Positions 40,917 to 50,296 are shown, counted from the first letter of the stretch. The stretch: 64,000 nt of DNA from Alphaproteobacteria bacterium (GCA_965261735.1 OZ253470.1:1472001-1536000), one strand, 5' to 3'. Program-made: numbers and translations. Notes: a model not told the origin generated them from the letters alone.

Positions 40917-40937
40917 ATTATGGAACGCTCGTTCAAG
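40917..40937. promoter_or_regulatory. Putative TetR operator, copy 1
   Basis: ATTATGGAACGCTCGTTCAAG, imperfect palindrome, 18/21 identical to 41588-41608. Confidence 0.7.
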
Positions 40938-40979
40938 TATCGACTCGTCACGTTCGCGTGAGGGTGCGGGAAGGCGGCC

Positions 40980-41555
40980 TCAGTCGAGGACCGACAAGGT
41001 GATCTTGACGATGTCGTGCAAGGCCGCCGGCGAATGACCCGCCTTGATCATGACCCTGAGCCCCATGTAGCTCGAGGTCAGGAATCGTGCCACGGCGCGG
41101 TGATCGGCGTCGACGTGCCGCGAGCCCGAGTCGCGCGCCAGCAGACCGATAAACGCGGCCTTGATACGGTCCGTGCCGGCCATCACCAGCGCCTCGACCT
41201 CGGCATCGTGTGGCGCCTCATCGACGGCCGCGTTGCACAGCAGGCAGCCGCGGCGGTCGTGGCGTTCACGCACGGCGGTAATCAGCGACTCAAACAGGGT
41301 GGCGGCGACCGATCTGGCCGAGCCGGGCCGCCCCAGCAGCGCCACCACGGGATCGACCTCGTTGGTGCGGTAGCGATCGAGTGCGGCGAGGTAGAGGGTG
41401 TGCTTGTCGCCGAAGGTCGCGTACAGGCTGCTGCGATTGACGCCGAGCGCCTCGACCAGGTTCTGGACCGAGGTCGCATCATATCCCTTGGACCAAAATA
41501 CATCGACCGCGCGGTTAAGCGCCTGGTCCGGGTCGAACTCCTTGGGGCGCGCCAT
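40980..41555 (-). CDS. TetR/AcrR family regulator (NemR/ComR-like)
   Basis: MARPKEFD, FWSKGYDATS, GVNRSSLYATFGDK, RGCLLCN. Confidence 0.93.
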   Translation of the reverse strand: MARPKEFDPDQALNRAVDVFWSKGYDATSVQNLVEALGVNRSSLYATFGDKHTLYLAALDRYRTNEVDPVVALLGRPGSARSVAATLFESLITAVRERHDRRGCLLCNAAVDEAPHDAEVEALVMAGTDRIKAAFIGLLARDSGSRHVDADHRAVARFLTSSYMGLRVMIKAGHSPAALHDIVKITLSVLD

Positions 41556-41587
41556 AGGTCTGTCCTCCGCGTCCCGTAGACATGGTC

Positions 41588-41608
41588 ATTCTGGAACGAT
41601 TGTTCAAG
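41588..41608. promoter_or_regulatory. Putative TetR operator, copy 2 (autoregulatory position)
   Basis: ATTCTGGAACGATTGTTCAAG directly upstream of the tetR start; overlaps a -10-like hexamer on the minus strand. Confidence 0.7.
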
Positions 41609-41716
41609 AACCGGCGAACCCTGGGCGTACGAGCGTACGCTCGCCGCCTAGTGGGTGAACTCACGAACCGAGCGTCTGCTTGCGCTCGCAAGCAGACGCC
41701 GTCTACCTCTGCTCTT

Positions 41717-42532
41717 CTACTGGAACAGCTGGAGAATACTCTGCGGTCCTGTATTGGCGATCGACAGCGACTGCACACCGAGCTGCTGCTTGATCTGGAA
41801 CGCCTGCAGGTTGGCGCTTTCCTCGGCGAGGTTGGCATCAACCAGGTTTCCGACGCCCTCCTTCAAGATGTCGATGAGCTGTTGCGTGAACGTCGATTGG
41901 ATCTCGATCCTCTTGGACGAGGAGCCCAGCGCCGCCAGCTTTTCGGACACCAACGTAACGGCGCTGTCGATGGCCGTTAGCGCCGCCACCGCGCCGGAGC
42001 TGGTGCTGATGACGTTGGTGTTGATCGCCAGTGCCGTCGTGTTCATCGACTGAGCGCTCACCGTGATGACGCTGCCGTCGACCGTACTCAGCACCGTGAA
42101 GGTCGTCGCGCCAGAGGTGATTAGATTCTTGCCGTTGAACTCGGCGGTGGCGACAATGGTCGTCAACTGATCCCGCAACGACACGAAATCGTTGTGCAGC
42201 GCGGTCCGCGAGGCCGAATCGAGCCCCGACTGGTTGGCCTGGACGATCTTGGCCTTCATTTCGATGAGCATGTCGGAGATTGCCTTGCCCGCCGTGACGG
42301 CGGTATTGACGGTGGACTCGCCGGTTGCCAGGGCGATCTTTACCGACTGCATGCCGGCGATGTCACCACGCCTGTTCTGGGCGATAGCGAAGGTCGCCGG
42401 ATCGTCCTTCGGGCCGTTGACCATGAGGCCCGTCGTGATGCGCAATTGGGTGGTGTCGAGCCGCTTGGTAGTCTTGGTGAGCTCCTGCAGAGCGACCATC
42501 GCGCCGACGTTGGTGTTGATGGACATGACCAT
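41717..42532 (-). CDS. Flagellin, short alphaproteobacterial type (271 aa)
   Basis: SINTNVGAMVALQ, RITTGL, AEFNGKNL, GNLVDANLAEESANLQAFQIKQQLG, PQSILQLF; GAGGAG RBS. Confidence 0.95.
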   Translation of the reverse strand: MVMSINTNVGAMVALQELTKTTKRLDTTQLRITTGLMVNGPKDDPATFAIAQNRRGDIAGMQSVKIALATGESTVNTAVTAGKAISDMLIEMKAKIVQANQSGLDSASRTALHNDFVSLRDQLTTIVATAEFNGKNLITSGATTFTVLSTVDGSVITVSAQSMNTTALAINTNVISTSSGAVAALTAIDSAVTLVSEKLAALGSSSKRIEIQSTFTQQLIDILKEGVGNLVDANLAEESANLQAFQIKQQLGVQSLSIANTGPQSILQLFQ

Positions 42533-42607
42533 CTGTCCGTCTCCTCGTTCTAAGTCGGTAAGCAGACTTTTTGCCTGCAGGAGCCGTTGGCTCCGACCCA
42601 TGACGCC

Positions 42608-42741
42608 AGCAACTGCCGTGCCAAGACCGGCATCCGCACGCTAATTCTTAACGTATTGTTAATAGTAAGTTTTTCGTAAACAACTTGGCGGCCGGCGGGC
42701 ATAAGTTGCCGGCAGATTCTGCCTACCAGGCAAAACCTGCC
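42608..42741 (-). promoter_or_regulatory. Flagellin sigma54 promoter with an AT-rich (IHF-like) tract and three ftr-like enhancer boxes
   Basis: TTGGCACGGCAGTTGCT (42608-24, minus strand); AT-rich tract 42641-42685; GGCA-N5-TGCC at 42698, 42711 and 42729. Confidence 0.8.
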
Positions 42742-42815
42742 GGCCACGGCGCACGAATCTGCCGTGCGGCTATGCCATCATTCCAGGTCGGCTCGCTTGC
42801 CGGAGGGGGCGGCCT

Positions 42816-43286
42816 TTAGGCGTTCGCAGCCGCAGTCCTGTTCGACCGAACCTTGTCAGCGAGCCCCTTCAGCACGCCGTCGAAGATCTTGCCCATCATC
42901 ATCTTCATCATGGTCTGGCCCATCACCCACCCAAAGGGACCGAACTTCACCCGATAATCCATGGCCATCTTCGTCCTAGACCGCCCGCCTTCCAGCGGCT
43001 CGACGGATAGCTCCCCAAATGCTTCATGGAGAGGCATCGCTGTAAGCTCGGACATGCGTACGCGATACCGGCGATTGTCCCCCCAATCAGTCACCTCCTC
43101 GACCACCGAGGTGCCGTCGCTGAAATGGCAGCGCCGCTTCGACCCTACCCCGCCGTCGACGTCGGTGAGTGCGTCGACCGAGTCTATGCGCGAGGAGAAC
43201 TCATGAATGTGCATGAAGCGGCCGAGAACCGCCCACACAGCATCAGGTGTGGCGTCGATATCTAGGGTTCGCTCGTTGTGAATCAT
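42816..43286 (-). CDS. SRPBCC/START (polyketide cyclase-like) protein
   Basis: IDATPDAVWAVL, GVGSKRRCHF, EEVTDW. Confidence 0.85.
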   Translation of the reverse strand: MIHNERTLDIDATPDAVWAVLGRFMHIHEFSSRIDSVDALTDVDGGVGSKRRCHFSDGTSVVEEVTDWGDNRRYRVRMSELTAMPLHEAFGELSVEPLEGGRSRTKMAMDYRVKFGPFGWVMGQTMMKMMMGKIFDGVLKGLADKVRSNRTAAANA

Positions 43287-43350
43287 TCTTGACCCCACTC
43301 ATTGCGGCAATAACACCCTGTTGACATATAGGTATCGCTACTCCCCCCAC

Positions 43351-44505
43351 CTAGTGGATTGATCGGAACGAAAGAGTCCGATTTGAGATTCCGTATTGTG
43401 CGGTGTCATGCGAGTCTGTGCTATGCGCACCGGCATCCATTTTACTGTCACGTCTGGCGACCGTCAGCGATTGCAAGCTATCGTCGCGGACCCGAAGAGC
43501 TCGCAGAAACATGTCTGGCGGGCGCGGATCATCCTGAAGAGCGACGAGGGGCTCGGGAACTCGTCGATCATGGCCGAGACCGGCAAGTCCAAGACCTGTG
43601 TCTGGCGCTGGCAGGAGCGGTTCATGCACGAGGGTGTCAACGGCTTGCTTCGCGACAGGTCCCGTCCGCCTGGCAAAGCGCCGATCCCGCCGGAGCGCGT
43701 CGCCGAGATCGTCCGCCTGACCCAGCAAGCGCCGCCGCACGAGGCGACCCACTGGACGCTGCGCGCGATGGCGAAGGTTGCTGGCGTCGCGGCGTCGACG
43801 GTCCAAGCGATCTGGAAGGCCCATGGCCTCAGCCCGCACCGCTGGCGGCACTTCAAGCTCTCCAATGATCCCGCCTTCGCCGAGAAGCTCACAGATATCG
43901 TCGGCTTGTATGTCGATCCGCCGGCCCATGCCGTGGTGCTGTCGGTTGATGAGAAATCACAGATCCAGGCGCTCGACCGCACCCAACCCGGCTTGCCGAT
44001 GAAGAAGGGCCGCGCCGGTACGATGACCTATGATTACAAACGGCATGGCACGACGACGCTGTTCGCCGCGCTCAACGTGCTGGACGGTACGGTCATCGCA
44101 CAGAACATGCAGCGCCACCGCCATCAGGAGTTCATCCGCTTCCTCAACCGCATCGAGCGCGAGGTGCCGACGGACAAGGCCGTCCACGTCATCCTCGACA
44201 ACTACGCCGCGCACAAGAAGGACAAGGTCCGCGCCTGGCTCGCCCGCCATCCACGCTGGACCTTCCACTTCACGCCAACCTCGTGCTCGTGGCTCAATGC
44301 CGTCGAGGGCTTCTTCGCCAAACTAACGCGGCGCAGGCTCAAATACGGCGTCTTCCAATCCGTCGTCGACCTTCAGGACGCCATCAACCGATTTGTCCGC
44401 GAATACAATGACGCAAACCCAAAACCCTTCATCTGGAAAGCCGACCCCGATCATATCATCGCCGCACGAAACAGAGGGTTCCAAACGTTGGAATCAATCC
44501 ACTAG
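43351..44505 (+). mobile_element. IS630-family element, copy 2 (inverted relative to copy 1)
   Basis: Same ends and CTAG context as copy 1; the proteins differ at two positions (PSK/PGK, QAA/QDA). Confidence 0.95.
43423..44505 (+). CDS. IS630-family transposase
   Basis: DEK, DNY and NAVE DDE motifs. Confidence 0.95.
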   Translation: MRTGIHFTVTSGDRQRLQAIVADPKSSQKHVWRARIILKSDEGLGNSSIMAETGKSKTCVWRWQERFMHEGVNGLLRDRSRPPGKAPIPPERVAEIVRLTQQAPPHEATHWTLRAMAKVAGVAASTVQAIWKAHGLSPHRWRHFKLSNDPAFAEKLTDIVGLYVDPPAHAVVLSVDEKSQIQALDRTQPGLPMKKGRAGTMTYDYKRHGTTTLFAALNVLDGTVIAQNMQRHRHQEFIRFLNRIEREVPTDKAVHVILDNYAAHKKDKVRAWLARHPRWTFHFTPTSCSWLNAVEGFFAKLTRRRLKYGVFQSVVDLQDAINRFVREYNDANPKPFIWKADPDHIIAARNRGFQTLESIH

Positions 44506-44511
44506 GTATCG

Positions 44512-45996
44512 CTACTCCTCCCACCACATGGCGGCGACGTCGTTGACGAAGATCGGGGAGTTACGCCACACGCCCCTGAGCTCGCGCCGGAAAACCTGAG
44601 TCTTGGCGAGCTGAAACAGGAAGCCGTTGACCGCATCCTCGGTGAGCCGGCGCTGCGCTTGCTCGAGGTAGCGGTTGCGCTCGGCCACATCGGCGGTCGA
44701 ATCGGCGCGTGCGATGAGGTTGCGGAACTCGGAACCGTCGTACTGGAAGTAGTAGTCGGGGTCGGCATAGATGCCGATGTCGAGCGGCTCGACGTGGCTC
44801 ACGATGCTCAGGTCGTAGTTCTTCTGCTTGAAGACGACGTCGAGCCATTGCGCCCACTCCAGGGGCTCGATGCTCGCCCGGATGCCGACCTTGGCGAGCT
44901 GGCTCGCGATGATCTCGCCACCGCGCCGGGCGTAGGTCGGCGGCGGCAGCTTGAGCGACACGGTCAGGCCGCCGGCGTACCCGGCCTCGGCGAGCAGCGT
45001 GCGCGCCCGCTCCGGATCGTGGGGGTAGCGGGCGGTGAGATCGACGTAGGCCGGGTGGTGCGGCGCGAAATGCGTACCGATCGGCGTGCCGTGGCCGAAC
45101 ATGGCGCCGTCGATGATCGGCTGGCGGTCGATGGCGTGGGCGATCGCCCGGCGCACACGGATGTCGTCGAGCGGCTTGCGCCGGTTGTTGATGGCAAGGA
45201 TCGTCTCCCCTTCGGTCGTGCCTTCGAGGACCACGAAACGCGGATCGTCCTTGAAGCGCGCCAAGCTCTCGGGCGCACCGAGAAAGGGAAACAAATCGAC
45301 ATCGCCGGCGAGCAGCGCCGCTACCTGCGCCGAGGGATCGGCCACGAACTTGAACACCACCCGCGCGATTCGCACCGACCCGGCATCGCGGTAGAGCGCG
45401 TTCTTGATGAGCGCCACCGAATCGCCCTTGACCCAGCGCTCGAACCGGTAGGGGCCGGTGCCCACGGGATGCGTCACGTTGCGCGCGGCGCTCTCGGGCG
45501 CAACGATCACCGACGTGCTCTCGCCCATGTTGAACAGGAATACCGGGCTCGGCCTCTCGAGCTCGATCACGACCTCGAAGGGATCGCTCGCGTCGATGCG
45601 CTTGATGTTGGTGAAGTAGCGCTTGCGCTTGTTGGTGCTGCCGGGCAGTGCGTTGCGCTCGAAGGTGAACTTGACGTCGGCGGCGTCGAAATCGGTGCCA
45701 TCGGCGAACTTAACGCCGCGCCGCAGGGTGAACGCGAACGTCTTGAGATCGTCCGAGACGCGCCAGCTCGTGGCCAGGCCGGGCTCGACCTCGCCGCTTT
45801 CGGTGATCCGGGTCAGCCCCTCGAAGATGTTGTAGAGCGTGATCTGCGAGATCGCCGCCGCGGCCCCGGTGGTCGGATCGAGGCCGGGCGCGGGCTCGAG
45901 CCGCATACCGACCACGAGCGTGTCCTTCGCGGCCTCGGCGCCGTTCGTCGCGGCGGTGGTCATCAGGGCAGCGAGAAAGAAGGTGAGCACTCTCAT
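44512..45996 (-). CDS. Peptide/nickel ABC substrate-binding protein (family 5)
   Basis: Signal peptide, LDP, EGLT, PGLATSW, PVGTGPY, VRRAIAHAIDR. Confidence 0.92.
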   Translation of the reverse strand: MRVLTFFLAALMTTAATNGAEAAKDTLVVGMRLEPAPGLDPTTGAAAAISQITLYNIFEGLTRITESGEVEPGLATSWRVSDDLKTFAFTLRRGVKFADGTDFDAADVKFTFERNALPGSTNKRKRYFTNIKRIDASDPFEVVIELERPSPVFLFNMGESTSVIVAPESAARNVTHPVGTGPYRFERWVKGDSVALIKNALYRDAGSVRIARVVFKFVADPSAQVAALLAGDVDLFPFLGAPESLARFKDDPRFVVLEGTTEGETILAINNRRKPLDDIRVRRAIAHAIDRQPIIDGAMFGHGTPIGTHFAPHHPAYVDLTARYPHDPERARTLLAEAGYAGGLTVSLKLPPPTYARRGGEIIASQLAKVGIRASIEPLEWAQWLDVVFKQKNYDLSIVSHVEPLDIGIYADPDYYFQYDGSEFRNLIARADSTADVAERNRYLEQAQRRLTEDAVNGFLFQLAKTQVFRRELRGVWRNSPIFVNDVAAMWWEE

Positions 45997-46006
45997 TAGG
46001 GGCACC

Positions 46007-47017
46007 TCAAGCGGCCGACAGGGAATCGCCGTAGAGAGATCGGTAGCTCGGCATGTCGCCGAGGCTCTCCGCGGCAAGGACGGCGCGGCCGATGGAGCGG
46101 GCCACGCAATCGGCGGCCATCATGCCGAGCCGGCCGAGCAGCGAGAAATCGCCCGCCGGCGGCACCAGCCGGCCGGTCGAGACGACGAACAGGGTGTCGC
46201 CGTCGAAGGGTGTGTGAACGGGCCGCACCGCGCGCCCGATGCCGTCATGGGCCATGATCGCGACGCGCCCGGCTTGCGCCTTGTCGAGCGCGACGTTGGT
46301 CGCGACCACGCCGATCGTGGTGTGGCCGCCGAGCGGGGAGGCGAAGGCGTAGTCACGATCGCCCGCGGCGATGGGGCCGGGCGTCGGCTGGCCCCCGAGC
46401 TCGCCGTCCTGTTCGAAGGCCCAGGCCCACAGGGTCGGCGAACCTGGCATGGTGACCGAGCCGAAGGGATTGGCGGCGACCAGAGCGCCCGCCTGCACGC
46501 CGTCCTCGCTTACGGCCGAGGCGCTGCCGAGCCCACCCTTCAGCGCGCCCGCACGAGCGCCGAGGCCGGCACCGGCGTTGCCGAGGGCGAAATCGGTACT
46601 GACGGACTCGCACGCCTGCGCCGCGAGACCACGGTAGGGCGGCTCTCGCCACTCCTTGGCACCGCCGTTCAACAGATCGAACAGGATCGCCGCCGGGACG
46701 ATGGGCACCCGCACCGGGCCGACCGCGAATCCCCGCCCGCGCTCGGCGAGCCAGGCACACGCGCCGGCGGCGGCGTCGAGCCCGAACGCGGAGCCGCCGC
46801 TCAGCACCACAGCATCGACCCGGTCAACATGGCAGGTAGGATCGAGGGCGTCGGTCTCGCGCGTACCCGGCGCGCCGCCCCTGACGTCGACGCCCGCGGT
46901 TACCGGTGCGTCCGGGAGCACTACGGTGACGCCGGTGCGCGCGGCGGTATCCTCGGCGTTGCCGACCCGTATCCCTTCGACGTCGGTGATGAGGTTGCGT
47001 GGGCCCGAGCGGATCAC
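46007..47017 (-). CDS. P1/S58 (DmpA-like) aminopeptidase
   Basis: ITDVEGIRVG, DVRGGAPGTRETD, GGSAFGL, TTIGVVATN, HTPFDGD. Confidence 0.92.
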   Translation of the reverse strand: MIRSGPRNLITDVEGIRVGNAEDTAARTGVTVVLPDAPVTAGVDVRGGAPGTRETDALDPTCHVDRVDAVVLSGGSAFGLDAAAGACAWLAERGRGFAVGPVRVPIVPAAILFDLLNGGAKEWREPPYRGLAAQACESVSTDFALGNAGAGLGARAGALKGGLGSASAVSEDGVQAGALVAANPFGSVTMPGSPTLWAWAFEQDGELGGQPTPGPIAAGDRDYAFASPLGGHTTIGVVATNVALDKAQAGRVAIMAHDGIGRAVRPVHTPFDGDTLFVVSTGRLVPPAGDFSLLGRLGMMAADCVARSIGRAVLAAESLGDMPSYRSLYGDSLSAA

Positions 47018-47171
47018 GGCACGGTTTGCCTCGCAGGCGTCGCCATGGCGCCCAGAAGCTAGCCCGCGCCGCGGCACCGGTCAACGCCGGCCCGGGGCTC
47101 TGCCGCGGCGTTTGCCACAAAACGGCGCACCTGGAACAATGAGGTGCCGAGCGTCACGGGGAGCACGCGCC

Positions 47172-48869
47172 ATGTACATCATAGGCCTTCGGGAGCGCGC
47201 CGCGGTGTGCGTGCGTACTATCCTGGCAGCGCTGCTTCTGGCGCTCGTGCCCCTGGCGTCCCACGCCGCGGAACCGGCCCGGGCGGCGCGGGCCGGCCTC
47301 GACATCCTGCGCGCGGGCGGCAGCGCCGCCGACGCTGCGATCGCCGTACAGATGGTGCTCAACGTCGTCGAGCCGCAATCGTCGGGCATCGGCGGCGGCG
47401 CCTTCCTGCTCTACTACGACGCCGCGCGGCGCGAGGTCCGTGCCTATGACGGCCGCGAGACCGCGCCGGCGGCGGCGACCGAGGCCCTGTTCCTCGATGC
47501 GAGCGGCAAGCCGCTGCATTTCTGGGACGCGGTCGTCGGCGGCCGCTCGGTCGGGGTTCCCGGCGTGGTCGCGATGCTCGAGCTCGCCCACAAGGCGCAC
47601 GGCAGGCTCGCCTGGCGCGAGCTGTTCGCGCCCGCCATCGCCATCGCCGATGACGGCTTCGCCATCTCGCCGCGCCTGCACGCGCTGGTCGGCCGGGACA
47701 AGTTCCTGCGTACCTTCGTGCTCGCGCGCGAGATGTTCCATCGCGCCAACGGCACGCCCAAGCCGGTCGGCACTTGGCTCACCAACCCGAGGCTCGCCGA
47801 CAGCTTGCGCGCGATCGCGGCGGACGGTGGCCGCGCCTCCTACGAGGGCGACATCGCGCGCGATATCGTCGGCGCGGTGCGCGGCGCGGCCCGCAACCCG
47901 GGAAGCCTAAGCGCCGCCGACCTCGCCGCCTACCGCGCCAAAGAACGCGCGCCGGTGTGCCTCGCCTATCGCGAGTGGCGGGTGTGCGGCATGCCGCCGC
48001 CGACCTCGGGCGGCATCACGGTACTGCAAATCCTCGACATCCTGAGCCACTTCGAGTCGGCCGCGCTGGCGCCTGGGTCGGCGCGAGCGGTGCATCTCAT
48101 CTCCGAAGCGAGCCGCCTCGCCTTCGCCGACCGCGGCCGCTACCTCGCCGACGCCGATTTCGTCGAGGTGCCGGTCTCCGGCCTGCTCGATGCTACGTAC
48201 CTGCGGACGCGCGCACGGCTCATCGATCCGGCACGCAGCATGGGGCTCGCCGCACCTGGTACCCCGGGGGTCAAGAAGGGCCGGCTCGCGGCCCCCGACC
48301 AGTCGGCGGAGCAGCCCTCGACGACCCACTTCAGCGTGGTCGACGGCGACGGCAACGCCGTCGTGATGACGTCGAGCATCGAGAGCGCCTTCGGCTCGCG
48401 GCTCATGACCGAGGGCGGCTTCCTGCTCAACAACCAGCTCACCGACTTCTCGTTCGTCGCCGAGCGCGACGGTGCGCCCGTCGCCAACCGTGTCGCCGCC
48501 GGTAAACGGCCGCGCAGCTCGATGGCGCCGACGCTCGTGTTCGACGCCGCGGGCAACCTGGTCATGGCGATCGGCTCGCCCGGCGGCAGCCGCATCATCC
48601 CTTACGTCGTCAAGACCATCGTCGCGGTGCTCGACGGCGGGCTCGACATCCAGGCCGCCATCGACCTGCCCCACCACAGCCACCGCAACGGGACCACCGA
48701 CCTCGAGGGGGGAACCGCGGTGGCGGTGCACAAGGGCGCGCTCGAGGATCTCGGGCACAAGGTCGCGGTGCGCGGCCTCAACAGCGGCCTGCACGGCATC
48801 GTGGTCTCGCCCGAGGGGCTCCGCGCCGGAGCCGACCCGCGCCGCGAGGGCGTCGCCCTCGGTGACTGA
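47172..48869 (+). CDS. ggt: Gamma-glutamyltransferase
   Basis: EPQSSGIGGG, DGRETAP, STTHFSVVD nucleophile, NNQLTDF, RPRSSMAP, GSPGG. Confidence 0.93.
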   Translation: MYIIGLRERAAVCVRTILAALLLALVPLASHAAEPARAARAGLDILRAGGSAADAAIAVQMVLNVVEPQSSGIGGGAFLLYYDAARREVRAYDGRETAPAAATEALFLDASGKPLHFWDAVVGGRSVGVPGVVAMLELAHKAHGRLAWRELFAPAIAIADDGFAISPRLHALVGRDKFLRTFVLAREMFHRANGTPKPVGTWLTNPRLADSLRAIAADGGRASYEGDIARDIVGAVRGAARNPGSLSAADLAAYRAKERAPVCLAYREWRVCGMPPPTSGGITVLQILDILSHFESAALAPGSARAVHLISEASRLAFADRGRYLADADFVEVPVSGLLDATYLRTRARLIDPARSMGLAAPGTPGVKKGRLAAPDQSAEQPSTTHFSVVDGDGNAVVMTSSIESAFGSRLMTEGGFLLNNQLTDFSFVAERDGAPVANRVAAGKRPRSSMAPTLVFDAAGNLVMAIGSPGGSRIIPYVVKTIVAVLDGGLDIQAAIDLPHHSHRNGTTDLEGGTAVAVHKGALEDLGHKVAVRGLNSGLHGIVVSPEGLRAGADPRREGVALGD

Positions 48870-48878
48870 GGACGCGCC

Positions 48879-49466
48879 TCAGGCTTGTCCCAGCAGCGCC
48901 TCGCGGAAGCGCGCTTTGAGGTAAGCGCCGTCGCGCGGGGGGAGCACGAGCGGCGGCGATTCCTCGCGCACTTTGACGAGGAGGAAGGCGGGGCCGGCCG
49001 CGGTAAACAGGGTCGCGGCGGCGCCGGCCAGCCCGCCCTCGTCCGTGATTATGTCTGTGAGCGCAAAGCCGCACGCGCCCGCCACGCCGGCAAGGTCGAT
49101 GCCGGCGGCGGTATGGGTCGGCTGCATGCCGGTCTCGCCGTAGCGCTCGTTGTCGAGCACGACGAGCCCGAGATTGGCCGGCGCCGCGGCACCGATGGTG
49201 GCGAGGCTCGACAGCCCCATCAGCATCTCGCCGTCGCCGGTGATCACGGCGACGCGGCGCGCAGGCTGCGCCAGCGCCAGCCCGAGCCCGACCATGGCGG
49301 CGCTGCCCATGGCGCCCCATAGATAGAAGTTGAGCGCTTCGTCCCCGGCCGCCGCGCAATCCCACGCCGGCGCACCGAGGCCGGCAACGACGAGGGCGGC
49401 GCCGCGCGCGGCCAGGAGGGCCGCGACGACCTCACGGCGGGCAAGCAGAGGAGGCCCCGCGGGCAC
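48879..49466 (-). CDS. ThDP-dependent decarboxylase beta subunit (sulfopyruvate/phosphonopyruvate decarboxylase-like)
   Basis: GAMG, GDGEMLMG...LDNERYGETG ThDP-binding motif. Confidence 0.85.
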   Translation of the reverse strand: MPAGPPLLARREVVAALLAARGAALVVAGLGAPAWDCAAAGDEALNFYLWGAMGSAAMVGLGLALAQPARRVAVITGDGEMLMGLSSLATIGAAAPANLGLVVLDNERYGETGMQPTHTAAGIDLAGVAGACGFALTDIITDEGGLAGAAATLFTAAGPAFLLVKVREESPPLVLPPRDGAYLKARFREALLGQA

Positions 49467-49467
49467 G

Positions 49468-50001
49468 CTAGTCCTCGAACGTCTTGGCGCCGAGGACGCG
49501 TTGCGCGACCAGCACCGCGACCGCCCGCGACGAGGCGAAGGCGAGCTCGGCCGCCGCCGCCACGGTCTCGGCCACGTCTTGCGCCCGCTCCACGCGGTGG
49601 ACGATGACGCCGGCTACCGTCAGGTGGTTCGCCGCGCCTTGGCCCATCGGCACCTGCCAGGGGTTCGCCTCCCCCCACTCGCCGCGCATCGTGACCAGGG
49701 CGAGTAGCGGAAAGCCGCACACCTGGATCATCGACAACGCGTTGATGCAATTGCCGACGCCGCTGCTCTGCATCATCAGGACAGCACGCGCTCCACCCAG
49801 CCAGGCGCCGGCGGCGAGGCCGATGCCCTCCTGCTCGGAAGCCAGAACGACGTCACGGATTTCGGGATCGTCGCGGCATAGCTCGATAAGCCGGATGAGG
49901 CCGGCGTCGGGAACGTAGCCGACCGTGCGAATGCCGGCCGCGGCAAGGGTCGCGTGAACCTGTGCGGCCCAATCGCCGCCGCGCGTCGACTCCGGGCTCA
50001 A
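49468..50001 (-). CDS. ThDP-dependent decarboxylase alpha subunit (ComD-like)
   Basis: YVPDAG, EQEGIGLAAGAWLGG, MQSSGVGNCIN, MRGEWGEANPWQ; start approximate (TTG). Confidence 0.85.
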   Translation of the reverse strand: MSPESTRGGDWAAQVHATLAAAGIRTVGYVPDAGLIRLIELCRDDPEIRDVVLASEQEGIGLAAGAWLGGARAVLMMQSSGVGNCINALSMIQVCGFPLLALVTMRGEWGEANPWQVPMGQGAANHLTVAGVIVHRVERAQDVAETVAAAAELAFASSRAVAVLVAQRVLGAKTFED

Positions 50002-50005
50002 CGGT

Positions 50006-50296
50006 TCAGCCGCCGAGGGGCTGCGGTGCCGCGCTGTGACCCATCCGCTCGCGCCCGTAGGGGTCGGCCGTCGCGTAGCAATCGACCCCGCCCAGGGTGC
50101 GGTAGCAGTACACGTCGGGCGGGACCGGTGGCGTGAACGCGTCACGGCAAATGCTCGTCTCCTTGAAGGCGCGCGCCAGCATGCATTCCTGGCCCATGGC
50201 ATTGGAAAGCGCATTGTCGACAATGGCCACGGCCGCCAGCGTACAGCCGCCGAGCCCGATGACCGCGGCAACGAGCATGAGCCTGAAGGCGTTCAT
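50006..50296 (-). CDS. Small Cys-rich lipoprotein
   Basis: Lipobox LGGC; YCYRTLGGVDCY. Confidence 0.75.
   Translation of the reverse strand: MNAFRLMLVAAVIGLGGCTLAAVAIVDNALSNAMGQECMLARAFKETSICRDAFTPPVPPDVYCYRTLGGVDCYATADPYGRERMGHSAAPQPLGG

Larger units (their letters stand above)
43329..44525 (+). repeat. 23-bp direct repeat (1 mismatch) flanking IS630 copy 2
   Basis: TAGGTATCGCTACTCCCCCCACC (43329-51) and TAGGTATCGCTACTCCTCCCACC (44503-25). Confidence 0.85.

Noticed and set aside
23921-43350. Past inversion between the two IS630 copies
   Set aside because: The flanks of copy 1 rejoin into one reading frame and the flanks of copy 2 share a local repeat, so the orientation is ancestral.
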